19,321 bases of DNA. It comes from an uncultured Deinococcales bacterium. GTDB lineage: Bacteria > Deinococcota > Deinococci > Deinococcales > JAAFIG01. Where the stretch lies: the NCBI GenBank assembly GCA_964244895.1, contig CAXTKV010000092.1:1-19321 (forward strand). The letters run 5' to 3'. Of the stretch, positions 9,085 through 18,349 are shown piece after piece (the first letter of the stretch is position 1; each line of letters opens with the position of its first letter). The position numbers were made by a program, and so were the translations under genes. The notes under the pieces were generated by a model. It was given only the letters and a program-made list of their open reading frames with translations. It made no database searches and was not told where the DNA came from.

Positions 9085-9249
9085 AAACTACAAGGGGCAG
9101 GCACCGTAAGCAAGGCTCGAAACAACCCTCGATTTGGATACTGCTCCACGATGGACGATATCAGGCTCCTGGGCTAGGAGCAGCTTGAAATCGAATCGCC
9201 CGGTACTGAAAGAGAAAAGACATTCATAACGGCGGTGACTGCCCGTCTG

Positions 9250-9439
9250 GTGGCAGTCACCACAAGGCACGGAAGCGATGAGCGCCGCACTCGAGTGATT
9301 GAGGCCGTTGCGCCCGCTGCTCGGCGCCGACGCCATCAGCATCTGGGAGCACAAGCGCGACGCCACGATTGCGGAACTCGCAGTATGGCGCGAGATGGGC
9401 GAGAACACCGCCTGTGACGCCACGCACATGCCGACGTGA
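9250..9439 (+). pseudogene. 3' remnant of a short-chain dehydrogenase/reductase gene
   Basis: Frame reads EAMSAALE*LRPLRPLLGADAISIWEHKRDATIAELAVWREMGENTA, resembling the 'PLRLLLGxDA...ELxxW' C-terminus of classical SDRs. In-frame stop at 9296-9298; no N-terminal Rossmann region. Confidence 0.6.
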
Positions 9440-9468
9440 CCGTCGGCTGCTGAACAAAGGAGAACACC

Positions 9469-10548
9469 ATGAAACTTGACAGCTACATCACCCTCGGACG
9501 CTCTGGTTTACGCGTGAGCCCGCTGTGCCTGGGCACCATGACCTTTGGCGAAGACAACGGCTGGGGCTCGAGCGTCGAAGAGTCCGAGCAGATTCTGGAT
9601 CGTTTCGTTGAACTCGGCGGCAATTTCATCGATACCGCAAACGGCTACACGAAGGGTCACTCCGAGAAAATCATCGGCGATCATGTCGGTCGCCACTCCT
9701 CGAAGCGCGACCGTCTCGTGCTTGCGACGAAATTCAGCAGCAACCTCTACCCCGGCGATCCGAACGCGGGCGGTTCGGGACGCAAAGCGATCGTCGCTGC
9801 GTGCGAGAATTCGCTGCGGCGTCTCCAGACCGACTACATTGATCTTTACTGGCTCCACAACTGGGATGTCCACACGCCCATCGAAGAGACCATGGCCGCC
9901 CTCGAAGACCTCGTGCGGTCGGGAAAGGTGCGCTACATCGGGGTGTCGGATACCCCGGCCTGGAAGGTCGCCCAGGCGAACGTGACCGCGCACTTCCGTG
10001 GCTGGGCGGCGTTCATCGGATTGCAGATCGAGTATTCGCTGCTCGAGCGGTCCGTCGAGGCCGAACTCGTCCCGATGGCGAGCGAATTGGGCCTCGGCAT
10101 CACGCCGTGGTCGCCGCTTAAAGGCGGTGCGCTCAGCGGGAAGTACACGCGCAAAAACGCAGGTCAGGTAAAGTCTGATCGTGCCTTCCTCGTCTCCAAC
10201 GCCCTCAATGAGAAGACCTACACGCTGATCGACGAGCTGGAAGTCATTGCCCAGGCGCGCGAGAGTACGGTCGCAGCTGTGGCCCTCGCCTGGGTGCAGG
10301 GGCAGCCTGGGGTAACCTCGACGATTATCGGCGCGCGGCGGCTGGCGCAACTCGAGGACAACGTGAAGGCGCTCGACGTGCAGCTGACGACCGAGGACCT
10401 CGCGCGCCTCGACGCACTGACCAAGCCGACGTTCGGTTTCCCACAGAACATGCAGCCCATTTTCCCCGCGATCCACAACGGCGGTACGTCGGTGAACGGT
10501 CTCTATGCACCTCCAATGATCATGCAGTCCGGCGAAAAACCGTACTGA
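9469..10548 (+). CDS. Aldo/keto reductase
   Basis: AAAGGAG RBS. Motifs LGRSGLRVSPLCLGTMTFG, GGNFIDTANGY, LATKF, SLRRLQTDYIDLYWLH, GKVRYIGVS, QIEYSLLER and PWSPL. Confidence 0.97.
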   Translation: MKLDSYITLGRSGLRVSPLCLGTMTFGEDNGWGSSVEESEQILDRFVELGGNFIDTANGYTKGHSEKIIGDHVGRHSSKRDRLVLATKFSSNLYPGDPNAGGSGRKAIVAACENSLRRLQTDYIDLYWLHNWDVHTPIEETMAALEDLVRSGKVRYIGVSDTPAWKVAQANVTAHFRGWAAFIGLQIEYSLLERSVEAELVPMASELGLGITPWSPLKGGALSGKYTRKNAGQVKSDRAFLVSNALNEKTYTLIDELEVIAQARESTVAAVALAWVQGQPGVTSTIIGARRLAQLEDNVKALDVQLTTEDLARLDALTKPTFGFPQNMQPIFPAIHNGGTSVNGLYAPPMIMQSGEKPY

Positions 10549-10768
10549 GCGCCTTCAGTCGCCGACGACCTCGTTGGTCTGTGTATCTTCTGGGATCGCC
10601 GAACTCGAAAGCGATGGAGTTCATTCATCGGGGACTTACCGGTAGTCGTTTACCGGTTGGTCAGGGTGGTGACCATGATCTCTTTCCGCTGGCGGCGCGG
10701 GAAAGCCGCTCGTCGGGAGCAATCGACTGTGCATCGACCATGAGCGTATCCACCGCGGAGTCCTCGAG

Positions 10769-10814
10769 AACACCGTCCGGTGCGCATATCTTTATTCGTG
10801 TGCTGGACGGTGTT
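10769..10814. repeat. 46-bp palindromic element, copy 4
   Basis: aacaccgtccggtgcgc-atatctttattc-gtgtgctggacggtgtt, flanked by ctcgag on the left and ctcgta on the right; lies between the convergent AKR and pfkA genes. Confidence 0.92.
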
Positions 10815-10862
10815 CTCGTATCGGCTTTCGGGCTCGAGAAACACGATTCTCGAGCCCGCAGC

Positions 10863-11828
10863 TCAGACGGACAGGGTTTTCGCCAACTGGTACAGGTCGT
10901 GGTTGATGTCTTTTTTCTTCGTCCACGTGTCCTCCAATGGCGTGAAGGTCAGCGTATCGTTGATGATGCCCGCCATCACGTCGGTCTTGCCCGCCAGGAG
11001 CGCGTCCACGGCGGCGCTGCCCAAACGGCTGGCCAGAATCCGATCCATCGCGCTCGGGCTGCCGCCGCGCTGAACGTGGCCCAGGATCGAGAGGCGCGCG
11101 TCCAGGCCGGTCGCCTCGCGCACCTGCTCCATGACCTTCGCGCCGCCGCCCTCGATGCCTTCGGCCACGATGATGATGCTCGAGGACTTGCCTTTGCGCA
11201 CCGAACCCTTGACCGTCTCGATCAGGTCCTCGACGGCGCACGGGTCTTCGGGGATGACGGCTTCTTCCGCGCCGCCCGCGATGGCCACGTCGAGCGCGAT
11301 GAACCCGGCGTGGCGTCCCATGACCTCGATGAAGAACAACCGTTCGTGGCTGGCCGCCGTGTCCCGGATGCGGTCAATCGCTTGCAGGGCGGTGTTGACG
11401 GCGGTGTCGTAGCCGACGGTGTAATCCGTGCCGTACAGGTCGTTGTCTATGGTTCCGGGCACGCCGATGGTCGGGATGCCATGTTCGGCGTACAAATAGT
11501 GCGCGCCGTGAAAAGACCCGTCCCCGCCGATGCAGACCAGACCCTCGATGCCCGCATCCTTGAGTTTTTGGGCGGCCTGGGCTCGACCTTCGACGGTCAT
11601 GAAGGCCTTGCTGCGGGCGGTCAGCAGGATCGTGCCGCCGCGCTGGATGGTGTTGGCCACGCTGCGCGGCCCGAGCTTCTCCATGTCGCCGTCGATCATG
11701 CCCGCGTAGCCGCGCCGAATGCCCACGACTTCAATGTTTCGCGCCGTGCCGGTGCGCACGACGGCGCGCACGGCGGCGTTCATGCCGGGAGCATCGCCGC
11801 CCGAAGTGAATACACCGATTCGTTTCAT
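10863..11828 (-). CDS. pfkA: ATP-dependent 6-phosphofructokinase
   Basis: Motifs [48 protein letters not shown] and LGHVQRGG. Confidence 0.98.
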   Translation of the reverse strand: MKRIGVFTSGGDAPGMNAAVRAVVRTGTARNIEVVGIRRGYAGMIDGDMEKLGPRSVANTIQRGGTILLTARSKAFMTVEGRAQAAQKLKDAGIEGLVCIGGDGSFHGAHYLYAEHGIPTIGVPGTIDNDLYGTDYTVGYDTAVNTALQAIDRIRDTAASHERLFFIEVMGRHAGFIALDVAIAGGAEEAVIPEDPCAVEDLIETVKGSVRKGKSSSIIIVAEGIEGGGAKVMEQVREATGLDARLSILGHVQRGGSPSAMDRILASRLGSAAVDALLAGKTDVMAGIINDTLTFTPLEDTWTKKKDINHDLYQLAKTLSV

Positions 11829-12742
11829 GTCTGGTTTCCCTCCTGAACGTCCTGACTGGTCGCCTCGAGCGCCAGCGCGTAGGCCCGGTTGCGCTCGAGC
11901 CCGGTTTTCATCAGTGCCGCCCGGATCTCTCGGGCTGTTTTGCCGTGCGCCGCCAAGTCTCGTGCCATCGCCTCGAGATCATGGCTGGAAACGGTCGGGG
12001 TCGCGTCAGGATCTGTGGGGCCGACCACGACCACGATCTCGCCGCGAGGGTCGGTGAAATGCTGAAAGGCTTGCTGGATCGTGCCTCGAAAGACTTCCTC
12101 GTAGCGTTTCGAGAGTTCCCTGGCCACGGCGCACGGGCGCTGTGGGCCGCAGATTTCTGCCAGGTCAGCCAGCGTGTCCGATAAGCGGTGCGGTGACTCA
12201 TAAAAAGCGCTGGAAATCCCGGAATGCGCGATTTCCTCGAGCCGTTCGCGGCGTTCGCGCCCGGAGCGCGGCAGAAAACCGTGAAAGGTGAACCTGCCGA
12301 CCGGCAAGCCGGAGAGCGTCAAGGCCGGAATCAGCGCCGTCGGTCCCGGCAGCGCTTCCACGCGCGCGCCCGCCCGGAGCGCGAATTCCACCAGTTCCGC
12401 GCCCGGATCGCACAAGCCCGGCGTTCCCGCATCCGAAACGTAGGCCAGGCGCGGGTATTTTGCCAGCACGCCCTCTGCCCGCGCCCGCATCGTGTGCGCG
12501 TCCAATCGCACCAGCGGCTTGTCGATCCCGAAATGCGTCAAGAGTTGCCTGGAATGGCGCGTGTCCTCTGCGGCCACCGCGTCCACGGATTTCAGCACCT
12601 CGAGCGCCCGCAAGGTGATGTCGCCCAGGTTGCCGACCGGTGTGGGCACCAGGTACACGATTCCCCCTGCGCCGCCCGAGGCCACGGCGTCCGGGCCGTC
12701 ATTCAGCCGGGAATCCACCGTGGTTTCGAGTGCGCCGTTCAC
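11825..12742 (-). CDS. rsmI: 16S rRNA (cytidine1402-2'-O)-methyltransferase
   Basis: Motifs [52 protein letters not shown] and RGEIVVV. GTG start supported by TAAGCT 7 nt upstream. Confidence 0.96.
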   Translation of the reverse strand: MNGALETTVDSRLNDGPDAVASGGAGGIVYLVPTPVGNLGDITLRALEVLKSVDAVAAEDTRHSRQLLTHFGIDKPLVRLDAHTMRARAEGVLAKYPRLAYVSDAGTPGLCDPGAELVEFALRAGARVEALPGPTALIPALTLSGLPVGRFTFHGFLPRSGRERRERLEEIAHSGISSAFYESPHRLSDTLADLAEICGPQRPCAVARELSKRYEEVFRGTIQQAFQHFTDPRGEIVVVVGPTDPDATPTVSSHDLEAMARDLAAHGKTAREIRAALMKTGLERNRAYALALEATSQDVQEGNQT

Positions 12743-12790
12743 GCCGGACAGCTTATCCGGTTTTCCCCAGCCGTGCCGATTCGACCAAGT

Positions 12791-12842
12791 CCGTCCAGAA
12801 CAGCGTTCTCTAAATCACAAGAACGCTGTTCTGGACGGTGTT
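12791..12842. repeat. Long-stem variant of the palindromic element (19-bp perfect stem, 10-nt loop)
   Basis: ccgtccagaacagcgttct-ctaaatcaca-agaacgctgttctggacgg followed by tgtt; lies just 3' of the small minus-strand gene. Confidence 0.85.
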
Positions 12843-12847
12843 TTTTG

Positions 12848-13036
12848 TCAGGGAACGTTGATCGGGCGCAACCTGACCTTGACCCGACGCTCGCGCGGCG
12901 AGAGGGCGTTCCTGAGGGTCGCGCGCAACAACTCGCCCTCGCCGACGGTCACGGTCACGACCGCGCCCTCGGGCAATTTCGCGCCGTTCTCGAGCTGAAC
13001 CACACCATTTTTGACCACGCCACGGTAAGCCCGCAT
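12848..13036 (-). CDS. Small hypothetical protein (62 aa), possibly AF2212/DUF104-like beta fold
   Basis: MRAYRGVVKNGVVQLENGAKLPEGAVVTVTV pattern. TAGAAT 7 nt upstream of ATG 13036 favours this start over 13045. Confidence 0.72.
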   Translation of the reverse strand: MRAYRGVVKNGVVQLENGAKLPEGAVVTVTVGEGELLRATLRNALSPRERRVKVRLRPINVP

Positions 13037-13077
13037 CCGGATCATTCTAGCGTTTTTGGCGCAACTGGACTGTCACC

Positions 13078-13488
13078 TCAGTCCGCGCGCGCCGAACGAA
13101 GCTGCGCCAGGCGCGCCTCGAGCTTCGGCAGCACCCGACCCTGAGATTTTTCCAACGCCAGGTAACGCTCGAAAATCTCGAGCGCCTCTTCGCGGCGTTT
13201 GAGTTTGACCAGCAGATCACCGATGTGCTCGCCAGCCAGAAAGAACGCTTCGGGATCGTCCGGGTGCCGCTCGAGCTGCGCACGAATTGAATCGATTTTC
13301 TCGCGCGTCAGCCGATCGCGCTGCACGCGTTCACGGATGAAATACCAGGCCAGCACGAAGGCCGCGCCGCAGACCGTGGCCGCGATCGCCCAGCCCTGCT
13401 CGATGCCCTGGGCGCGCGTGAACCGCACCATCGCCGGAAAGGCGAAGGTCAGCACCACCAGCACCACGAGCAGCGCCGCATAATTCAC
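13078..13488 (-). CDS. Small membrane protein with two N-terminal TM helices and a TPR-like motif
   Basis: Two hydrophobic segments followed by HPDDPEAFFLAGEHIGDLLVKLKRREEALEIFERYLAL; TAGGGT 6 nt upstream of the GTG. Confidence 0.75.
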   Translation of the reverse strand: MNYAALLVVLVVLTFAFPAMVRFTRAQGIEQGWAIAATVCGAAFVLAWYFIRERVQRDRLTREKIDSIRAQLERHPDDPEAFFLAGEHIGDLLVKLKRREEALEIFERYLALEKSQGRVLPKLEARLAQLRSARAD

Positions 13489-13614
13489 CGCATCACCCTA
13501 CCGCACGCGTCATGGTTGCGTCACGCTGGAATCGAACACGTCCCAGCCTCACCTCGAGCCCAGCGCGCTGGCCCGTTGTGCTGGCCCGTCGCGCCACGGG
13601 TTGTAGGCTTCGTC

Positions 13615-14070
13615 ATGCGCGTTCACATCGTGACCGTCGGTGAACCCAAGCACGAGTACGCCCGTCTGGGCTGCGCGCTGTACCTGGAACGGTTGGGGCA
13701 CTACCACAAGCTCCGCGTGACCCGCGTGCGCGATGCCAAAAAGGGCGGCGAAGCCGGAAAGCTCGAGGAAGGGCGGGGCTTGCTGAGCGCCGCCGGGCGC
13801 GCCTTCGCGGTCGCGCTCGATCCGCGCGGCCAGCCGTTCAGCACTGAAAAACTGTCCCAGTGGCTTTCCGGCCTGGGCACGTCCGGCGAGGGCGAGGTCG
13901 CGTTCCTGGTCGGCGGCCCGGAAGGTCTGTCCGACGAGGTGCGCGAGCGCGCCCGCTTGCTGTGGTCGCTTTCCGAATTGACCTTGCCGCACGATCTGGC
14001 GCAGCTCGTGCTGGCGGAAGCCCTGTATCGAGCCTCGAGCCTGGAGCGCGGCGAACCGTATCACCGTTGA
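13615..14070 (+). CDS. rlmH: 23S rRNA (pseudouridine1915-N3)-methyltransferase
   Basis: MRVHIVTVG, ALDPRG, FLVGGPEG, SLSELTLPHDLA and C-terminal GEPYHR (SPOUT/RlmH). ATG 13615 gives 151 aa and has TAGGCT 5 nt upstream. Confidence 0.94.
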   Translation: MRVHIVTVGEPKHEYARLGCALYLERLGHYHKLRVTRVRDAKKGGEAGKLEEGRGLLSAAGRAFAVALDPRGQPFSTEKLSQWLSGLGTSGEGEVAFLVGGPEGLSDEVRERARLLWSLSELTLPHDLAQLVLAEALYRASSLERGEPYHR

Positions 14071-14075
14071 CCACC

Positions 14076-14121
14076 GACGCCGTCCAGCACGCTATTTATA
14101 AACTGCGTCCCAGACGGTGTT
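14076..14121. repeat. 46-bp palindromic element, copy 5
   Basis: gacgccgtccagcacgc-tatttataaact-gcgtcccagacggtgtt followed by ctcgaa, 5 nt after the rlmH stop. Confidence 0.88.
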
Positions 14122-14492
14122 CTCGAATAAGGCTGGTTTCTTATTCTCGAGAGCTACCGTTCCATACGGTATTTTCTCGATCATCAATGCTTTCGCTCAC
14201 GAGGCAGCATGAAGACTGTCGGGATACGAGTGAAGCGATTCCGACCACTCGATTCCGAGAAGGCGAAAACCCGAGTTCTGGCCTCGAGTCCATCGCGGTT
14301 ATTGTCTGATTGATTCCATTTTATGGTGTCCCGGACGCGAAAACCATACGTGCATTAGCGTATGTTCACGCGCGCGGACGGTGATACCATCACCCTGCCG
14401 GAAGACCGGTCGTGAATGGCGTCTCGAGGAAATCTGCCCGAAACCGGGGCTCTCGATCGACCGTTCCAGCGCCACGGCGCGCGGAGGTGTCG

Positions 14493-16343
14493 GTGCTCAA
14501 CGAGTTTCAGGGAATCTGGCCATACATCGTCCGTCACCGACGCCAATGGTTGATCGGTCTGCTGTGCATTCTGGGTTCGGTCGGGGCGGGTCTGGCGGGG
14601 CCGCCGTACATCGTCGGGTTGGCCATCGACGCCCTCAGGCTCGGCAAGGCTACGCCGGAATTGATCCTGCGTTACGCGGGGCTGATCCTGTTGACGGCGG
14701 GTATCTCGAACGCCATGACCTTCATGATGCGGCGCTTCATCGTGGTCGCCAGCCGTCAGATCGCTTACGAGATCAGGCGAGACATCTACATCAAACTGAC
14801 CACGCTCGATCAGGGCTACTTTCACCGCAACCGCACGGGCGATCTGATGAACCGACTGACCGGCGATCTGGGCGCGGTCATGGAGATGCTGGGCTTCGGC
14901 GTCAATCAGGGCGCGAACACGATGCTGACGCTGATCATCAGCCTGGGCTTGATGCTGTCTCTGTCCTTGCAGCTCGGGTTGATCGTGCTGGCTATTTTCC
15001 CGGTGATCGCCGTGATCCTGTTTTTCGTGGTGCGCGTCATCGGGCGGCGGCACGTGGCCGTGCAGGAACAGGCGTCGCTGATTTCCGCCAAAGCCCAGGA
15101 GAATTTTTCCGGCATCCGCGTCGTCAAGGGCTACGCCATTGAAGACCGCGAGATCAACGATTACAAAACCCTCAACCTCGAGTCTCGCCGCCGCGTGATG
15201 CGTCTGGCCATGATCGACGGGCCTTTGTGGGCGCTGGTGGGTTTGCTGATGAACATCGTCTTCGTGGCCGTGCTGCTGTTCGGCGCGCGCCAGTTGATCG
15301 TGGTCGGCCCGAACGGCAGCTTCGGCGGGCTGAGTATCGGGCAATTCGTGCAGTTCACGACGTATTTGTTCAACCTGCAATGGCCGATGCTGGCGGTCGG
15401 CGTGATGGCCAGCCTGTTCCAGCGCGGCGCCTCGAGCTGGAAGCGGCTTCAGGAAATCCTGGAGGTCGAACCAGAGATCGAGGATTCCGCCCAGACGGAT
15501 CAGAGCATCAAAGGCGTGGAGGGCGCGATCCGCTTCGAGGGCGTTGGATTAAAGGTCGGCGACCGGGTGCTCTTGGATCACGTCACGCTGGACGTTCCCA
15601 GGGGCACGACGCTGGGTATCACGGGGCGCACGGGTTCCGGCAAGACGCTCCTGGCATCACTGGTCGGACGAATGATGGACACGACCAGCGGGCGCGTGCT
15701 GGTGGACGGCCACGACGTGCGCCAGGTTCCCCTGGAGGCGCTGCGCCGCAACATCGGTTACGTGCCCCAGGAACCGTTCTTGTTCAGCGACACCATCGCT
15801 GAGAACATCGCTTTCGGCCTGCCGGAAAGCACGCAGATCGAACGGGACATCAAGCCCGACCCGGAACGCATCCTCTGGGCGGCGCGCGTGGCGGGTCTGG
15901 CCAAGGACGTGGATGACTTCCCGTTGAAGTACGACACCATGCTCGGTGAGCGCGGCGTGACCCTCTCCGGCGGGCAGCGCCAGCGCACCGCCCTGGCGCG
16001 CGCCATCGCCCGAAAACCGAACATCCTGATCCTGGACGACAGCATGAGCGCCGTGGACACCGAAACAGAGGCGCGCATCCTGAACGAGTTGAAGGTCGTG
16101 CTGGAAGGCCGCACCGTCTTCCTGATCGGCCACCGCGTGTCCACCCTGCGCTACGCCGATCACATCATCGTCCTCGAGAACGGACGGATCGCGGAGCAAG
16201 GATCGCACGATGCGCTGATCGCGCAGGGCGGCATTTACGCCGAGATGGACCGCAAGCAAGGTCTGGAAGGCGCCCTCGAGAACGCGCCCGACGAGGACGA
16301 CGTTCACGTCGAGGGTGCACAGAAGCTCGAGGTTCCCAGGTGA
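14493..16343 (+). CDS. Heterodimeric ABC exporter subunit (TMD+NBD), TmrB-like, degenerate Walker B
   Basis: GTG 14493 follows GGAGGT (preferred over the track start 14412). TM domain, Walker A GRTGSGKT, signature LSGGQ, Walker B ILILDD and the GHR switch. Confidence 0.92.
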   Translation: MLNEFQGIWPYIVRHRRQWLIGLLCILGSVGAGLAGPPYIVGLAIDALRLGKATPELILRYAGLILLTAGISNAMTFMMRRFIVVASRQIAYEIRRDIYIKLTTLDQGYFHRNRTGDLMNRLTGDLGAVMEMLGFGVNQGANTMLTLIISLGLMLSLSLQLGLIVLAIFPVIAVILFFVVRVIGRRHVAVQEQASLISAKAQENFSGIRVVKGYAIEDREINDYKTLNLESRRRVMRLAMIDGPLWALVGLLMNIVFVAVLLFGARQLIVVGPNGSFGGLSIGQFVQFTTYLFNLQWPMLAVGVMASLFQRGASSWKRLQEILEVEPEIEDSAQTDQSIKGVEGAIRFEGVGLKVGDRVLLDHVTLDVPRGTTLGITGRTGSGKTLLASLVGRMMDTTSGRVLVDGHDVRQVPLEALRRNIGYVPQEPFLFSDTIAENIAFGLPESTQIERDIKPDPERILWAARVAGLAKDVDDFPLKYDTMLGERGVTLSGGQRQRTALARAIARKPNILILDDSMSAVDTETEARILNELKVVLEGRTVFLIGHRVSTLRYADHIIVLENGRIAEQGSHDALIAQGGIYAEMDRKQGLEGALENAPDEDDVHVEGAQKLEVPR

Positions 16344-16366
16344 GAGCTGCTCGAGCCCAAGTCAGG

Positions 16367-16427
16367 AGCTCCGTCTAGCACGCACTTTTATGGAATGTAA
16401 AATGCCGTCCAGAACGGTGTTCTCGAG
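16367..16427. repeat. Degenerate composite of the palindromic element (left arm + 21-bp mini form + CTCGAG)
   Basis: agctccgtctagcacgc (16367-16383), AT-rich spacer, aatgccgtccagaacggtgtt (16401-16421), ctcgag. Confidence 0.75.
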
Positions 16428-16461
16428 CAAATGAACCACAAACAAGCCAGAGGTGCGTCAG

Positions 16462-18288
16462 ATGCAGGAAGACAATTACAAGAAACAATTCGACTGGCAA
16501 CTCACCAAGCGCATCCTGACGTACCTGCGCCCGTACCGCCTGATCGCCATCGGCTCAATCGTGCTTTCAGCGCTGATCGCCGTCACCAGCCAGTTGTTCC
16601 CGCGCCTGCTCGCCACCGCGATCGACCATTACCTCGCGCCGCGCCCCGAATTCGCCAACCTGAGCGCCGACCAGCGGCTCTCGGGCGCGCTGACCATCGC
16701 CATGCTGATCCTCGGGCTGGCGGTGCTCGAGTTCAGCGTGCGCTACGCCTTCCAGTACGCGCTGGCCTGGCTCGGGCAACACGTCCTGTTCGACATTCGC
16801 GCCGACCTGTTCGGTAAACTGCAACGCTTGCCGCTCGCGTTCTTCGACCGCAACCCGGTCGGCAGGTTGATCACGCGTGTGACCTCCGACGTGGACGCCA
16901 TCAACCAGTTCATCACCAACGGTTTGATCACGCTCTGCACGTCGATTTTCGTGGTCACGGCGGTGCTGGTCAACATGCTCAGCCTGAACGTGCCGCTCGC
17001 GCTGATCTCGGCGGCGGTCATGCCTTTACTGTTTTTTTCCACCCGCTACTTCCAGGTGCGTTTCCGCGAGGCCAACCGCGAGGTTCGTTTGCGACAAGCG
17101 ATTGTCAACACCAGCCTGAACGAGAACATCACCGGCATGGGCACCGTGCAGATTTTCAACCGCGAGGTGCGCAACCGCCGCGATTTCGACCGATTGAACA
17201 CGCATTTCTTGCGCGCGTACCTCGATTCGATCCACTGGTTCAGCTTCTACTTTCCGACCGTCGGCTTGATCGGCAGCCTGTCCCTGGCGTTGGTGATCTG
17301 GTTCGGCGGCGGCCAGGTGATCCAGGGCGCGCTGACCATCGGCGTGCTGGTCGCGTTCAGCCAGTACGTGCAGAACTTCTGGCGTCCACTGCAGGATTTA
17401 TCCGACGTGATGATGAACTTGCAGGCCGCGATGGTCTCCAGCGAACGCATTTTCGGCATTCTGGACGAACCCGAAAACGTGCCCGACAAACCCGACGCTC
17501 GCGTGATCGAGGGCGGCTTCAAGGGCGAGATCGAATTCAAGGACGTCTGGTTCGCGTACACGCCCGTCGGACAGGAACCCGCCCCGACCGACTGGGTGCT
17601 GCGCGGGTTGAATTTCCACGTTAAACCCGGCGAATCCGTGGCCTTCGTCGGCGCGACCGGCGCGGGCAAGACCAGCGTGATTTCGCTGATCTCGAGGTTC
17701 TACGACATTCAAAAAGGCCAGGTGCTGGTGGACGGTCTGGACGTGCGCGACATCAGCCAGCGGTCCTTGCGCAAGCACGTCGGCGTGGTCTTGCAGGACG
17801 TGTTCCTGTTCGCCGGAACCATCGAAACCAACCTGCGCATGAGCGACGAATCGATCCCCTTCGACCGGATCGTGCAAGCCTGCAAGTACGTCGGCGTCCA
17901 CGACTTCATCATGTCCCTGCCCGACGGCTACCAATCCGAGGTGCGCGAGCGCGGCGCGACCCTGTCGACCGGACAGAAGCAACTGCTGGCGTTTGCCAGG
18001 GCGCTGATTCAGAACCCCGACATTCTGCTCGTGCTGGACGAAGCCACCGCCAACGTGGACACGGAAAGTGAGCTGCAAATCCAGGACGCGCTGGCCAAGG
18101 TCATGCACGGACGCACCAGCATCATCATCGCGCACCGTTTGAGCACCATCAAGAACTGCGACCGCATCATCGTCATGCGAAAAGGCAAGATCGTGGAAAT
18201 GGGCACGCACGACGAGTTACTGGTCAAAAACGGGTATTACGCGACGTTGTACAAGTTGCAGTACGCGGATCAGGAAATGACGGTTTAA
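16462..18288 (+). CDS. Heterodimeric ABC exporter subunit (TMD+NBD), TmrA-like
   Basis: ATG 16462 with GAGGT upstream. N-terminus [25 protein letters not shown], Walker A GATGAGKT, signature LSTGQ, Walker B LLVLDE and AHR. Confidence 0.93.
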   Translation: MQEDNYKKQFDWQLTKRILTYLRPYRLIAIGSIVLSALIAVTSQLFPRLLATAIDHYLAPRPEFANLSADQRLSGALTIAMLILGLAVLEFSVRYAFQYALAWLGQHVLFDIRADLFGKLQRLPLAFFDRNPVGRLITRVTSDVDAINQFITNGLITLCTSIFVVTAVLVNMLSLNVPLALISAAVMPLLFFSTRYFQVRFREANREVRLRQAIVNTSLNENITGMGTVQIFNREVRNRRDFDRLNTHFLRAYLDSIHWFSFYFPTVGLIGSLSLALVIWFGGGQVIQGALTIGVLVAFSQYVQNFWRPLQDLSDVMMNLQAAMVSSERIFGILDEPENVPDKPDARVIEGGFKGEIEFKDVWFAYTPVGQEPAPTDWVLRGLNFHVKPGESVAFVGATGAGKTSVISLISRFYDIQKGQVLVDGLDVRDISQRSLRKHVGVVLQDVFLFAGTIETNLRMSDESIPFDRIVQACKYVGVHDFIMSLPDGYQSEVRERGATLSTGQKQLLAFARALIQNPDILLVLDEATANVDTESELQIQDALAKVMHGRTSIIIAHRLSTIKNCDRIIVMRKGKIVEMGTHDELLVKNGYYATLYKLQYADQEMTV

Positions 18289-18291
18289 GGG

Positions 18292-18348
18292 GACACCGTC
18301 CAGCACGGTGTTCTCGAGGCCTCGAGAATTCGCGTGTGGGACGGTGTT
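18292..18348. repeat. Composite palindromic element between convergent genes
   Basis: Mini form gacaccgtccagcacggtgtt, perfect palindrome ttctcgaggcctcgagaa (18311-18328), then right arm gcgtgtgggacggtgtt. Confidence 0.85.
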
Positions 18349-18349
18349 C

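Noticed and set aside
10549..10762. Possible AraC or transposase remnant on the minus strand (MNSIAFEFGDP; KEIMVTTLTNR)
   Set aside because: Peptides are too short and fragmented to support without a search.
10581..11846. 421-aa plus-strand ORF
   Set aside because: Antisense shadow of pfkA that also reads through a repeat element.
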